A DNA stretch of 29,512 bases from Candidatus Micrarchaeota archaeon (GTDB taxonomy: Archaea; B1Sed10-29). The notes under the pieces are model-generated. The model saw only the letters and a program-made list of their open reading frames with translations. It was not told the DNA's origin and searched no databases. Below, piece by piece: positions 8,857 through 16,908 of the stretch (the stretch's first letter is position 1; each line of letters starts with the position of its first letter). The stretch covers positions 1 to 29,512 of the forward strand of contig CAYLXZ010000008.1 of assembly GCA_964388265.1 (NCBI GenBank), given 5' to 3'. The position numbers and the translations under genes are program-made.

Positions 8857-9189
8857 TTATTCTTCAGGTTCTTCTTCGTTTTCTTCAGATTCGCCTGTTT
8901 CTTCTTTGAGTTCTTCTACTTTTTCTTTTCCTATTCCTTCTTTTTCCACTATTCTCTTTGCTTCTACGCCGCTGTCTGTTTTTGGTTTGTAAGCTCCGCC
9001 CGCTACTTCTGCTCCGCATTTGCTGCATCCCCAGATTGCGTATCCTTTTCTTTTTAAGCTTTTTCTCCCGCATTTGGGGCATACTTGTTTTTTTCTCTGT
9101 ATTTCCTCTATTTCTTTTACTTCTTTCTTCAGTGGAGAGGAGTATCTTGCTCCGTATCTTGATGCGGATCCTAACTTGGTTTCTGCCAT
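8857..9189 (-). CDS. rpl37ae: 50S ribosomal protein L37Ae (eL43) with acidic C-terminal tail
   Basis: RYGARY, CPKCG....KR....IW.C.KCG...AGGAY.P. Confidence 0.95.
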   Translation of the reverse strand: MAETKLGSASRYGARYSSPLKKEVKEIEEIQRKKQVCPKCGRKSLKRKGYAIWGCSKCGAEVAGGAYKPKTDSGVEAKRIVEKEGIGKEKVEELKEETGESEENEEEPEE

Positions 9190-9208
9190 TATAATCTCCT
9201 GTTTCTAT

Positions 9209-10009
9209 TTATTCTTTGGATTCTAGAATTTTTTCCCGAGTTTCACTTGCCTTCGGGATTGACTCCTTTATTACTTTGTTTATTTCGTCTCTTTTAAAGG
9301 AACCGTTTCCTCCTTTCTGTGTGGCGCAGACGTTGCCTTTGTCGTTTATGTATACTGTGATTCTGGAGTCCTGGGCTTTTTCTTCTCTTAGTTCTGGGTC
9401 CAGCACTATTCCTCCGTCTATCTTGCTGAATGTCTTTGCTACTGGTGTATCGGTTATTGGTAGGTCTTTTTCCATTTTATCTCTGTTTATTTCTCCGTCT
9501 TCGTATTCCGGTATCTTTGCGTTTTCTAGGGCTGCGACTGCTGCTATTGCTGAGGCGTCTATTAGGTTTCCGTCTTGGTCCAGTGGGAATATATCTAGGA
9601 ACACCATCCATACTTTTTCTTTTGGCTCTATGCATAGTTCTCCTAGGTCAACCATTTCGCTTTCTCTTATTCCTCTGTCCACTACTCTTGCTAGTTCTAC
9701 TGTGTCTTCTCTTGGTGGTCCTGTTTCGAAGGATGGTGAGGCGATTGGGTATAGCTCGGAGTTTGTGATTAGTACTCCTTGATCTGGTTCGTTGGAGTAT
9801 GGTTCTCCTGTTCCGAGTTTTACTCCTGCGATTACTTTGGTGTCTCCTAGTTCTACTTTTGCGCTTCCTTCTGCGGTTCCTATGATTCCTTTTGTTATGT
9901 TTATGTCTCTTGATTCCATGTTTTTTCTTCCGTCTATTCTCTTGCCTTTTTTTACTCTGTGTTCTACGGCGTCTTTTTTAACGTTCCATATGAGTTCTTG
10001 TGTATCCAT
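9209..10009 (-). CDS. rrp42: Exosome subunit Rrp42
   Basis: RIDGR, AEGSA.V.LG.TKV, FETGPP.E...ELARVVDRGIRES, DGNLIDA. Confidence 0.95.
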   Translation of the reverse strand: MDTQELIWNVKKDAVEHRVKKGKRIDGRKNMESRDINITKGIIGTAEGSAKVELGDTKVIAGVKLGTGEPYSNEPDQGVLITNSELYPIASPSFETGPPREDTVELARVVDRGIRESEMVDLGELCIEPKEKVWMVFLDIFPLDQDGNLIDASAIAAVAALENAKIPEYEDGEINRDKMEKDLPITDTPVAKTFSKIDGGIVLDPELREEKAQDSRITVYINDKGNVCATQKGGNGSFKRDEINKVIKESIPKASETREKILESKE

Positions 10010-10011
10010 TT

Positions 10012-10749
10012 TTATTCCTCCTTTTTTCCTTCTTGAATTTGTTCATATTTTTCTTTTAGGGCTTTTTTCTGTTCTTCGTACACTCTCATGCATCCATCTA
10101 CGGCCATGTCAAGTGCTTCTTCGTATTCTTCTGGTGTTAGGTCTCCGTCCATCTGCATTAGGCTTATTTCGTCTTTGTGTGGTAGGTACGCTATTGGTAG
10201 GTCGGCTTGTCCACATTGGTCTTCTTCTTTGGCTAGGTCCAGTACTACTTCGTCTTCGATTTTTCCCGCTGCACATGATGGTACTAGATCTTTCATTGGT
10301 ATTCCTGCGTCTGCTAGTGCTACACTTGCTGTTGATAGTGCCGCGCATCTTGTTCCTGCTTCTGCTTCTAGTATCACTACGTAGACGTCTATCGTGGTTT
10401 TAGGATAGTATTCTAGGAATAATGTATCTTCTAGTGCTTCTTTTGATACTTTACTTATTTCTATTGATCTTCTACCAGGTTTTGGACTTGTTCGGTCGTC
10501 TACTGAGAATGTTGCTAGTCTGTAGTTGTAGTTTAACCTTGCTTTGTATGGATTTCTTTCATGTCTGGGGTAGCATTCTCTTGGGCCGTATACTGAGGCC
10601 ATTACTTTGTTTCCTCCCCATTCCATGTAAGCGGATCCGTCTGCTCTTTTTAGGAATCCTGCTTCTATTGATATGTCTCTTAGTTCTTCTTTTTCTCTTC
10701 CGTCAAGTCTTTCTCCGTTTTCCATGAGTTTTTTGTCTTTTTTTCCCAT
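10012..10749 (-). CDS. rrp41: Exosome subunit Rrp41
   Basis: RLDGR..ELR, ADGSAY.EWG.NK, RRSIEISKV, AGTRCA, QMDG. Confidence 0.96.
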   Translation of the reverse strand: MGKKDKKLMENGERLDGREKEELRDISIEAGFLKRADGSAYMEWGGNKVMASVYGPRECYPRHERNPYKARLNYNYRLATFSVDDRTSPKPGRRSIEISKVSKEALEDTLFLEYYPKTTIDVYVVILEAEAGTRCAALSTASVALADAGIPMKDLVPSCAAGKIEDEVVLDLAKEEDQCGQADLPIAYLPHKDEISLMQMDGDLTPEEYEEALDMAVDGCMRVYEEQKKALKEKYEQIQEGKKEE

Positions 10750-10762
10750 TTTTTATCACCTT

Positions 10763-11353
10763 TTATTTTTTTAGGAACTCTTCTATTTCTTCAGTTAATC
10801 CTGTTCTATGAGCTTCTTGCTCTATCTTGAATATGGTTTCTTCTGCTTTGCTTATGTCTCCTCCTTTGATCCATATTCTTCCGTTTCTTCCTACGAATAT
10901 CTTTGAATCTGTTTCTTCTTTTATGAGCGATACCATTGATGCTTTTTTCCCTATTACTCTTTGTGTTCTCACTGGGTTTATCTCTATTATTTCTCCTCCG
11001 TAGAACTTTCTTTCGTCTCCTAGTGTAACATCGTTCACTTCGTCTACTTCTTGCACTTCTGCTGATACTACATCTCCTACATCGTAGGATTCGTCTGTTG
11101 GTAGGAATGAATCGTAGGCGGAGTTTATGTCTGTTACGCATCCTCCGTGTTTCACTGATTCGATTATCCCTATTATTTTGTCTCCTTCTTTTGGTATGTA
11201 CTTGGATGAGAAGGGAATTATTCTTCCGCTTCCTTTATCTTTGCTTTTGTATAGCATTCCGTATACTTTGGAGTATTTTTCTCCGTCTTCTTCTCTTACG
11301 TGGTTTTTTACATCTTCTTCGATTTTTTGTCCGGGTATAACTATTTTCTTCAT
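10763..11353 (-). CDS. rrp4: Exosome RNA-binding cap subunit Rrp4
   Basis: YIPKEGD.IIG (S1), RVIGKK.SM and VGRNGRIWI (KH), AH..GLT. Confidence 0.93.
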   Translation of the reverse strand: MKKIVIPGQKIEEDVKNHVREEDGEKYSKVYGMLYKSKDKGSGRIIPFSSKYIPKEGDKIIGIIESVKHGGCVTDINSAYDSFLPTDESYDVGDVVSAEVQEVDEVNDVTLGDERKFYGGEIIEINPVRTQRVIGKKASMVSLIKEETDSKIFVGRNGRIWIKGGDISKAEETIFKIEQEAHRTGLTEEIEEFLKK

Positions 11354-12060
11354 TATAGTTCCTCCTCTGTTTCTATTATTTTTGTTTCATTTTCTCCGTG
11401 GGTTATATTGTTTACTTTTTCGTATAGTTGATCTTGAAGTCCTGCTGGAATCTTGATTACAGCTATGTATGATCCGTCGTTTCTCCATTCTTCTTTTTCC
11501 ATGTTGTATGAGTGTAGTACATTGCTTGCTTTTGCTGCGTGGTCTGGTGGGATCTTGACTGCTACCTTGACTTTTTCTATTTTTATCGGGAGCTCTGATC
11601 TTATTTTATCCATCACTTCTTTTGCTTGTTCTTCTACTGATTTAAATTCATCGAAGTGGTGTCCTACTTTATCTATTGCGTTTTCTATTCTGTTTCTTGG
11701 ATGTGGATTGTCTGTCTTTGGGTTTATTGAGTTTCTTTTTAGCCATGAGATCACTTTATTCTTCTTTTTTTTTTTTTTTTCTTTTTTCTGTTCCGTGGTT
11801 AACTGGATTTCTCCTTTGTTGATTATTTTTTCTGCTATTTCGTTGAAGTCCGTGGTTCCAAAGGCGTTGTTGAGTTCTTGATCTGAGGCTTTTTCTCCTT
11901 TTTCTGAGTCTGTGTATACGTCTCGTGCTGCTACTACTTCTTCTAGGTCTACTTCTTCACCTTCTCTTAGGTCTCGTGATTTATAAGGATCTACGAGAAT
12001 TTCGTATTCTTCGCCTTCTCTTTTTATTCTGGCGATCACGGCGTCTTCAAGGGATATCAT
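11353..12060 (-). CDS. Ribosome maturation factor SBDS/Sdo1
   Basis: AVIAR....YEILVDP, GEIQLTTEQ, INPKT..PHP..RIENA, EEWRNDGS, IPAGLQ. Confidence 0.95.
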   Translation of the reverse strand: MISLEDAVIARIKREGEEYEILVDPYKSRDLREGEEVDLEEVVAARDVYTDSEKGEKASDQELNNAFGTTDFNEIAEKIINKGEIQLTTEQKKEKKKKKKNKVISWLKRNSINPKTDNPHPRNRIENAIDKVGHHFDEFKSVEEQAKEVMDKIRSELPIKIEKVKVAVKIPPDHAAKASNVLHSYNMEKEEWRNDGSYIAVIKIPAGLQDQLYEKVNNITHGENETKIIETEEEL

Positions 12061-12084
12061 CTTTATTCACTTTTTTATTTCTGT

Positions 12085-12795
12085 CTACTCCTTGCTGAGG
12101 TATTTCTTCACTTCTTCTTCGGTTAGTTTCTCGAAGTCTTCGTCTTCGGAGACGTAGGATATTTCAACTGCTTTCTTGTTGAATTCGTCTCCTTTGACTT
12201 CTTTAAGAGCATCTAGAATGAACTCCAGGGCTTTTTCTTTGTCCATTCCTTCTTCGTAGTTTTCTTCTAGGAATGGTTGTGCGTCTTCTGCTCCTGATCC
12301 TATTGCTGTGGCTTTGTATCCGTTGAATGCTCCGGATGGGAAGGTTCTGTATAGCTGTGGTCCGGATTGGTCGACTCCTGCTACTAGTAGTGATACTCCG
12401 AAGGGTCTTGTGCCTCCGTATTGGGTGTATTTTTGTTTTAGGTCTCCTACTTCTTTGGTTAGTTTCTGTACATCTACGTCTTCGTTGTAGATCATTTGTT
12501 CTTGTTGTGCTGATACTCTGGCGTAGTCCACTAGTTTTCTTCCATCTCCTAGTCCGCTTGTGGCTACTCCTATGTGGTTGTCTATCTTGTATATCTTTTC
12601 TATGGATTCTTCTTTCAGTAGATTTGTGGTTATTTGTTTATCTATGGCTAGTATTACTCCTGAGGAGTATTCTACTCCTATGGCTGTTGTTCCTTTCTTT
12701 ATTGCTTCTTTTGCGTATTCTACTTGGAATAGTCTTCCGTCTGGGCTGAATACGGTTATTGCTCTGTCGTATGCTTTTGGAGAAACAGATTGCAT
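12085..12795 (-). CDS. psmA: Proteasome subunit alpha
   Basis: YDRAITVFSPDGRLFQVEYA.EA, RPFGVSLL.AG, ATAIGSG. Confidence 0.97.
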   Translation of the reverse strand: MQSVSPKAYDRAITVFSPDGRLFQVEYAKEAIKKGTTAIGVEYSSGVILAIDKQITTNLLKEESIEKIYKIDNHIGVATSGLGDGRKLVDYARVSAQQEQMIYNEDVDVQKLTKEVGDLKQKYTQYGGTRPFGVSLLVAGVDQSGPQLYRTFPSGAFNGYKATAIGSGAEDAQPFLEENYEEGMDKEKALEFILDALKEVKGDEFNKKAVEISYVSEDEDFEKLTEEEVKKYLSKE

Positions 12796-12798
12796 TTT

Positions 12799-13146
12799 TT
12801 AATCCTCCTTTTTTAGTTTTTCCCGGGCTTTTTTTAGTGTTCCGGATATGGTTTGTATAGAGATGAATGCTTTGTTGTTTTTAATTTTATTCATCATTGT
12901 CAGGCTTGCTTTTACTTTCCTTTCTTTTTTAGTGTTCGTTCTTAAAATACCTTTTTGTTCCTGTTCATTGAAATCCATTAGCCAGAAACTGGATTTTGAT
13001 ATGTCTATGGAGCCTAGGTTTTCAAATGCGTTGTCCCATAGTGACTTTATAACTTCATCTCTTGTGAATTTCTCTTTTGAGTGTAGTTTTATGACGAAGT
13101 ACCGATTTTTTTCTTTTAGTGTAGGTGGGAAGGGTTTTTTAGCCAT
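12799..13146 (-). CDS. rnp2: RNase P protein Pop5/Rpp14
   Basis: PPTLKEKNRY, GILR, SGTLKKA; position before psmA. Confidence 0.9.
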   Translation of the reverse strand: MAKKPFPPTLKEKNRYFVIKLHSKEKFTRDEVIKSLWDNAFENLGSIDISKSSFWLMDFNEQEQKGILRTNTKKERKVKASLTMMNKIKNNKAFISIQTISGTLKKAREKLKKED

Positions 13147-13177
13147 TTTTAGTTCTCCTTATCGGATTGATTTTATT

Positions 13178-13723
13178 TTAAATGTCTTTTTCATTTATTA
13201 TTGAGTTTGGGTTTTTTGAAACTGCGTCTAGTGATTCTTCTTGGTTTATTCCTAGGAGGTATCCGATTGATGCTAGTTCTCTGGGTTTCCTCATGTCTAG
13301 TTTTTCTTCTGCTCCTGATGTTATGACTAGGTTGCAGTTCTTTCTTTTCACTAGTTTACCTAGGTATTGGAGTGATCTGAAGTACTGTGTTTTCTCCATT
13401 CCTTCGAACTCGAGTATTCTTTTGAGTGTTATGCCGATGGAGACGTTGTTTTCTTTTGCCACGGTTGCTATGGATACATCGAATGGTTTTTCCTTTGGGT
13501 TAACAGGATTCATTAGAATGTCTATGTCTGGGTTTCTGACTATCTTCTTGTTTTTGTCTAGGTTCCCTGCTTTTGCTATGTTTATCTTTCCTTTCTCTGG
13601 GTTTAGTTTATCTTCCAGGTAGTTTACTTCTTCTTGATATACTCTGTGGTATCCTAGTTGTTCTTCTCCGAACTCTACGCATTCTTCGGATCTTGTGAAT
13701 AAATCTGTGAATTTTCTGCTCAT
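13178..13723 (-). CDS. rnp3: RNase P protein Rpp30
   Basis: DIL..P, AKENNV.I, VITSGA....MR.PREL, A.SKNP; operon context. Confidence 0.88.
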   Translation of the reverse strand: MSRKFTDLFTRSEECVEFGEEQLGYHRVYQEEVNYLEDKLNPEKGKINIAKAGNLDKNKKIVRNPDIDILMNPVNPKEKPFDVSIATVAKENNVSIGITLKRILEFEGMEKTQYFRSLQYLGKLVKRKNCNLVITSGAEEKLDMRKPRELASIGYLLGINQEESLDAVSKNPNSIINEKDI

Positions 13724-13880
13724 ATTATCGTTCCTCGTTATTTATCTGTGGAAGGATAATATTGTTCATATTATCGTTCCTCTCTATCTTATTATCTTTT
13801 TGGGATCATAAGGTTTATCTTGCTATTCTCTTTGAATCGTAAGGCTGTTCGTCTTGTTATTCTTTTTGAATCACAAGGTT
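13721..13880. repeat. Duplicated start-site 15/16-mer plus three degenerate 31-bp tandem units
   Basis: CATATTATCGTTCCT at 13721, 13767 and 14228; units at 13785-13815, 13816-13846 and 13850-13880. Confidence 0.8.
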
Positions 13881-14230
13881 TATTTTCTTTTTATGTTGAT
13901 TTCTTTTTTACCTGAGCTGAGTTTTTTAAGTACCTGTTTGAGTCTTTCGTCGGTTATCTTTTGATCTTTGCTTATTCTTCCTGATTGATAGAGTTTTATC
14001 AGGAGTTTTTCTATTCTTTCTGCTTTTTCTTGGTTTGCTGCTCTTATTCTTCCGAGTCTTTCTCTTGCTTCTGGTGTGAGTATCTTTTTGAGCACTCTTT
14101 TCTTCATTGCTTCGGCTTTCTGTTTCTGCTTTTCTCTCATTTCTCTTTCTTTTCCTTGTCTTCCTTCCATCTGTTTCTTTATTTGCTCTTTCTTTTTTTC
14201 TCGTATGTCTGAGAGATTTTCTTCAGGCAT
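13880..14230 (-). CDS. PDCD5/TFAR19-family DNA-binding protein
   Basis: LKKILTPEARERL.RI....A..IE..LI.L..SGRI....ITDE.LK.L...KKEINIKRK; follows eS19. Confidence 0.93.
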   Translation of the reverse strand: MPEENLSDIREKKKEQIKKQMEGRQGKEREMREKQKQKAEAMKKRVLKKILTPEARERLGRIRAANQEKAERIEKLLIKLYQSGRISKDQKITDERLKQVLKKLSSGKKEINIKRK

Positions 14231-14285
14231 ATTATCGTTCCTTACTATATTGTAGGTTGAAGGATAATGCTTCCTTCAGGTGTCT

Positions 14286-14699
14286 TCATTTCTTTATTTC
14301 GTTTGTGGTTTGGTCTAGTAGTGATTTTCCTTGTGGGGTTATTTTTCTTCCTTCATCGGTTTTTTCAAGGTATTCTGCGTTTTCAAGTTGCTGTAGGAGT
14401 GTTCTTATTATTTTCCCGCTTGCTTTCTGGTGTTTTGGTGGTCTTCTTCCTTTTTTCTTTTTTCCTCCGTACCATGATCTTAGTGGTTCTACTCCTTGTG
14501 GTCCTTGTATGTAGATTCTTCTGAGTATGGATGCTGCTCTTGTGTACCACCAGTCAGGTTGGTCAGGTCTTCTTTCTTTGTATGAGCTTGTTTTAGCGTG
14601 TTTTGCCCATTCTGGTTTCTCTATCTCTTCTTCATCCTTCAGCTTCTCTTTCACTTTGTTTATAAGGTCTGATGCCTCTGCTTCTTGTGCGTTAACCAT
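14286..14699 (-). CDS. rps19e: 30S ribosomal protein S19e
   Basis: PEWA...KT...KER.P...WWYTRAASILR, SGKIIR..LQQLE, GR.ITP.G.S.LD. Confidence 0.97.
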   Translation of the reverse strand: MVNAQEAEASDLINKVKEKLKDEEEIEKPEWAKHAKTSSYKERRPDQPDWWYTRAASILRRIYIQGPQGVEPLRSWYGGKKKKGRRPPKHQKASGKIIRTLLQQLENAEYLEKTDEGRKITPQGKSLLDQTTNEIKK

Positions 14700-14801
14700 T
14701 GAATCACCTTTATTTGTTGAGAGAGTATGTTCTAGTGGGTTCTTTAGATTTCTTTAGAACGTGGTGTGATTTCACTGTTTATTTTTAAGTGTTAGTATTT
14801 A

Positions 14802-15131
14802 TTAATCTGTGCCTTTTTGTGTTTTTTTTTCTCCGTATAGGTAGGTTCTTTCTGCTTCATACTCTAGGCATCTGTAGATTACTCTGGAGTTCTCTTGATC
14901 CATCTTGATCTTCAGTGTATTACCTGGCTTCCAGTATCTAAGGCAATTCGGACATATTCTCCTTTTCAAGTCATTTGGGATGGATACGTTGTATCTTTTG
15001 GAGATCTTGTGCGCTAGCTCCATGTATCTATTCGATCTCTCTGGATGGTCTTCGAACTCTTTTTCAGCTTGTTTGAACAGCTTCTTTATTCTTTTCTCAG
15101 CTAGTTCCTTAACCCATCCTGGCTTTGACAT
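14802..15131 (-). CDS. rnp4: RNase P protein Rpp21 (Rpr2)
   Basis: A..RI..LF..A, RY..LA..IS.RY, KRRICPNC....PG; second Zn knuckle reads CLEY. Confidence 0.9.
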   Translation of the reverse strand: MSKPGWVKELAEKRIKKLFKQAEKEFEDHPERSNRYMELAHKISKRYNVSIPNDLKRRICPNCLRYWKPGNTLKIKMDQENSRVIYRCLEYEAERTYLYGEKKTQKGTD

Positions 15132-15210
15132 CTTTTAATCACCTTAGAAACAAACTTCTGTTACCTAATTTTAGTTACCTATTACTTAAAAACCATTCTG
15201 AAGAGAATAA

Positions 15211-15225
15211 TTTTAGGCACTACAT
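15211..15225. repeat. Single copy of dispersed TTTTAGGCACTACAT motif
   Basis: Same 14-mer as at 1771, 22100 and (reverse complement) 24452 and 24476. Confidence 0.8.
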
Positions 15226-15250
15226 AAATTTTTAGAAAATTTTGAAAAAG

Positions 15251-15270
15251 AACCTCGGGTGGGACTCGAA
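15251..15270 (-). pseudogene. tRNA 3'-end fragment (att-like remnant)
   Basis: Minus strand TTCGAGTCCCACCCGAGGTT = T loop, 3' T-stem strand, 3' acceptor strand and discriminator; no 5' part nearby. Confidence 0.55.
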
Positions 15271-15293
15271 TTTTGAAAGGAAGAAAAAGAGAG

Positions 15294-15397
15294 TGCGCCG
15301 GACGGGATTCGAACCCGTGCTGTTGGCTTGGAAGGCCAAAGTATACCAGCCTAGCCAATAATAAGGCAAAGGCTCCTAGCCGCTAGACCACCGGCGC
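15294..15397 (-). tRNA. tRNA-Gly(TCC) with 32-nt non-canonical intron at 23/24 (15343-15374)
   Basis: Acceptor GCGCCGG/CCGGCGC-A, anticodon arm TTGGC-CTTCCAA-GCCAA, T arm ACGGG-TTCGAAT-CCCGT; removing the intron restores D stem GTCT/GGAC. Confidence 0.93.
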
Positions 15398-15427
15398 GTC
15401 AATGTATATTTTCACTTGCAGTATATT

Positions 15428-15997
15428 TTATTCTTCTCCTTCTTTTATTTCTTCCAGTGAAAGATCTTCCTTAAAGGGCTTTGTTCCTTCTTCATGATAT
15501 ATGAAGGGAGTGATTAATATTATACCTACTATTGTGATTACGACTATGCCTGCTAGGATGAATATATTGTTCTTCACGAAGTTCCAGTAACCTTGTTCTC
15601 CTCCTTGCGGAGCTTCTTCTCCAGTTGTTTCTACTGTGATGTGTCTTGGCTCTATTAAGTTCACTCCTTGGTTTTTAAGCGTGATTTCGAATTCTTCTGA
15701 TGGTTCAGTCATCTGGAAACCAGTTAATTGATATGTTTCTTCTTGGTTCGGGGAAAGAGTTACCTGTAGAGACTTGTATCCTGTTGAAGGCGAACCTGCT
15801 CTCAATGTACCTGTTTTGCTGAATCCATTGCTTCTTAAAGTTACTTTTATATCTACTGAATTCTCTGATACATCTTCCTCTATTTTAACCACATCTACTG
15901 GGTATTTACCTTGTGCTAACCCAGATTTTGGTGTGATTAGAGTGCAAGATAACACTACCACCAAGGCTAACAGTGCTCTTGATTTACTTAGATTCAT
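15428..15997 (-). CDS. Secreted/membrane-anchored hypothetical protein
   Basis: Signal-peptide-like N-terminus, beta-rich middle domain, C-terminal TM helix (IFILAGIVVITIVGIILITPFIY). Confidence 0.8.
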   Translation of the reverse strand: MNLSKSRALLALVVVLSCTLITPKSGLAQGKYPVDVVKIEEDVSENSVDIKVTLRSNGFSKTGTLRAGSPSTGYKSLQVTLSPNQEETYQLTGFQMTEPSEEFEITLKNQGVNLIEPRHITVETTGEEAPQGGEQGYWNFVKNNIFILAGIVVITIVGIILITPFIYHEEGTKPFKEDLSLEEIKEGEE

Positions 15998-15999
15998 AA

Positions 16000-16142
16000 T
16001 GGGAAGACAGGGATTTGAACCCCGGACAACCGCCTTTCCGAAGGAAAGCTCTGCTCTTCAGGGCTTAGAGGAAACTGAGTTTCCTCTACGCATGAAGAAC
16101 TCCGTTCTTCAGGGCGGCGCTCTCCCGCTGAGCTATCTTCCC
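16000..16142 (-). tRNA. tRNA-Phe(GAA) with 71-nt intron at 37/38 (16036-16106)
   Basis: GGGAAGA/TCTTCCC-A acceptor, GCTC/GAGC D stem, CCGCC/GGCGG anticodon stem, CTGAAG^A loop; central helix CTGA/TCGG and AA^A bulge. Confidence 0.92.
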
Positions 16143-16178
16143 GTCCTTCTAAGGAAACCTTCGTTTCAAAGGGAAGGA

Positions 16179-16299
16179 TGGGCCGGACGGGGTTTGAACC
16201 CGCGGCTACCAGGTTTCTTCGAAACTCCAGATGTATCCTAAAGGGATTTAGAGAAGTTTCTTAAAAGCCTGGTGCTCTCCCAGACTGAGCTACCGGCCC
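16179..16299 (-). tRNA. tRNA-Lys(TTT) with 47-nt intron at 37/38 (16215-16261)
   Basis: GGGCCGG/CCGGCCC-A acceptor, CCAGG/CCTGG stem, CTTTTA^A loop; clean BHB (CTTT/GAAG, GAAACTTC/GGAGTTTC). Confidence 0.95.
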
Positions 16300-16360
16300 A
16301 GAATTACATATATTTAATTCTCTTCCTTATTTAAATTAAACCAAGTTTAAATAAATACAT

Positions 16361-16876
16361 ATGATTGAAGTTCTCAGAATCGGACATAGAAGGGAAAGGG
16401 ACAATAGGTTAAGTACACACGTGGCTCTATGTGCACGTGCGCTTGGAGCAGATAAATTCACACTCTCAGGACAGAAAGATAAAAAACTCCTAGACACAGT
16501 TAGAGATGTAGTGGACAGATTTGGTGGAGACTTCACCGTAGGACACACAGAAAACTGGCGTAGAAAAGTAAAAGAATTCAAAGGAACCGTGGTTCATTTA
16601 ACCATGTACGGTGAAAAACTCAAAAACAAGAAAGAAGAATTAAAGGAAACTGAAGACCTATTGATCATAGTAGGAGGAGAAAAGGTTCCCAGGGAAGCTT
16701 ACGAGTTAAGCGATTACAATATATCCGTGACCAATCAACCTCACTCAGAAGTAGCTGCGTTGGCCCTTACTCTGGACAGACACCATGAAGGAAAAGAACT
16801 GAACTTCAGTTTTCCAGGTGGAGAGATCAATATCCATCCATCCAAATCAGGGAAGAACGTGGAGAGAAATAAATAA
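16361..16876 (+). CDS. tRNA (cytidine(56)-2'-O)-methyltransferase aTrm56
   Basis: VLRIGHR.ERD.R.STHVAL.ARALGA, HLTMYG, VGGEKVP, NQPHSEVAALA. Confidence 0.96.
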   Translation: MIEVLRIGHRRERDNRLSTHVALCARALGADKFTLSGQKDKKLLDTVRDVVDRFGGDFTVGHTENWRRKVKEFKGTVVHLTMYGEKLKNKKEELKETEDLLIIVGGEKVPREAYELSDYNISVTNQPHSEVAALALTLDRHHEGKELNFSFPGGEINIHPSKSGKNVERNK

Positions 16877-16908
16877 GGTGCTGAACAAAAATACATCGAA
16901 GTGTTTCT

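Noticed and set aside
12535..12565. PsmA reads SGLGDGR, one residue shorter than the usual SGLVADAR
   Set aside because: In-frame with the rest intact; cannot tell divergence from significance.
9216..14757. Many + strand Leu/Phe/Ser-rich ORFs
   Set aside because: Antisense shadows of purine-rich housekeeping genes.
15251..15270. 3' half of a split tRNA
   Set aside because: Only 20 nt, lacks the 5' T-stem strand and anticodon portion, and has no complementary leader.
16036..16106. C/D-box guide RNA in the tRNA-Phe intron
   Set aside because: One CTGA but no convincing RTGATGA C box or paired box layout.
15774..16241. 155-aa + strand ORF; also 21936-22154
   Set aside because: Shadow ORFs overlapping tRNA genes.
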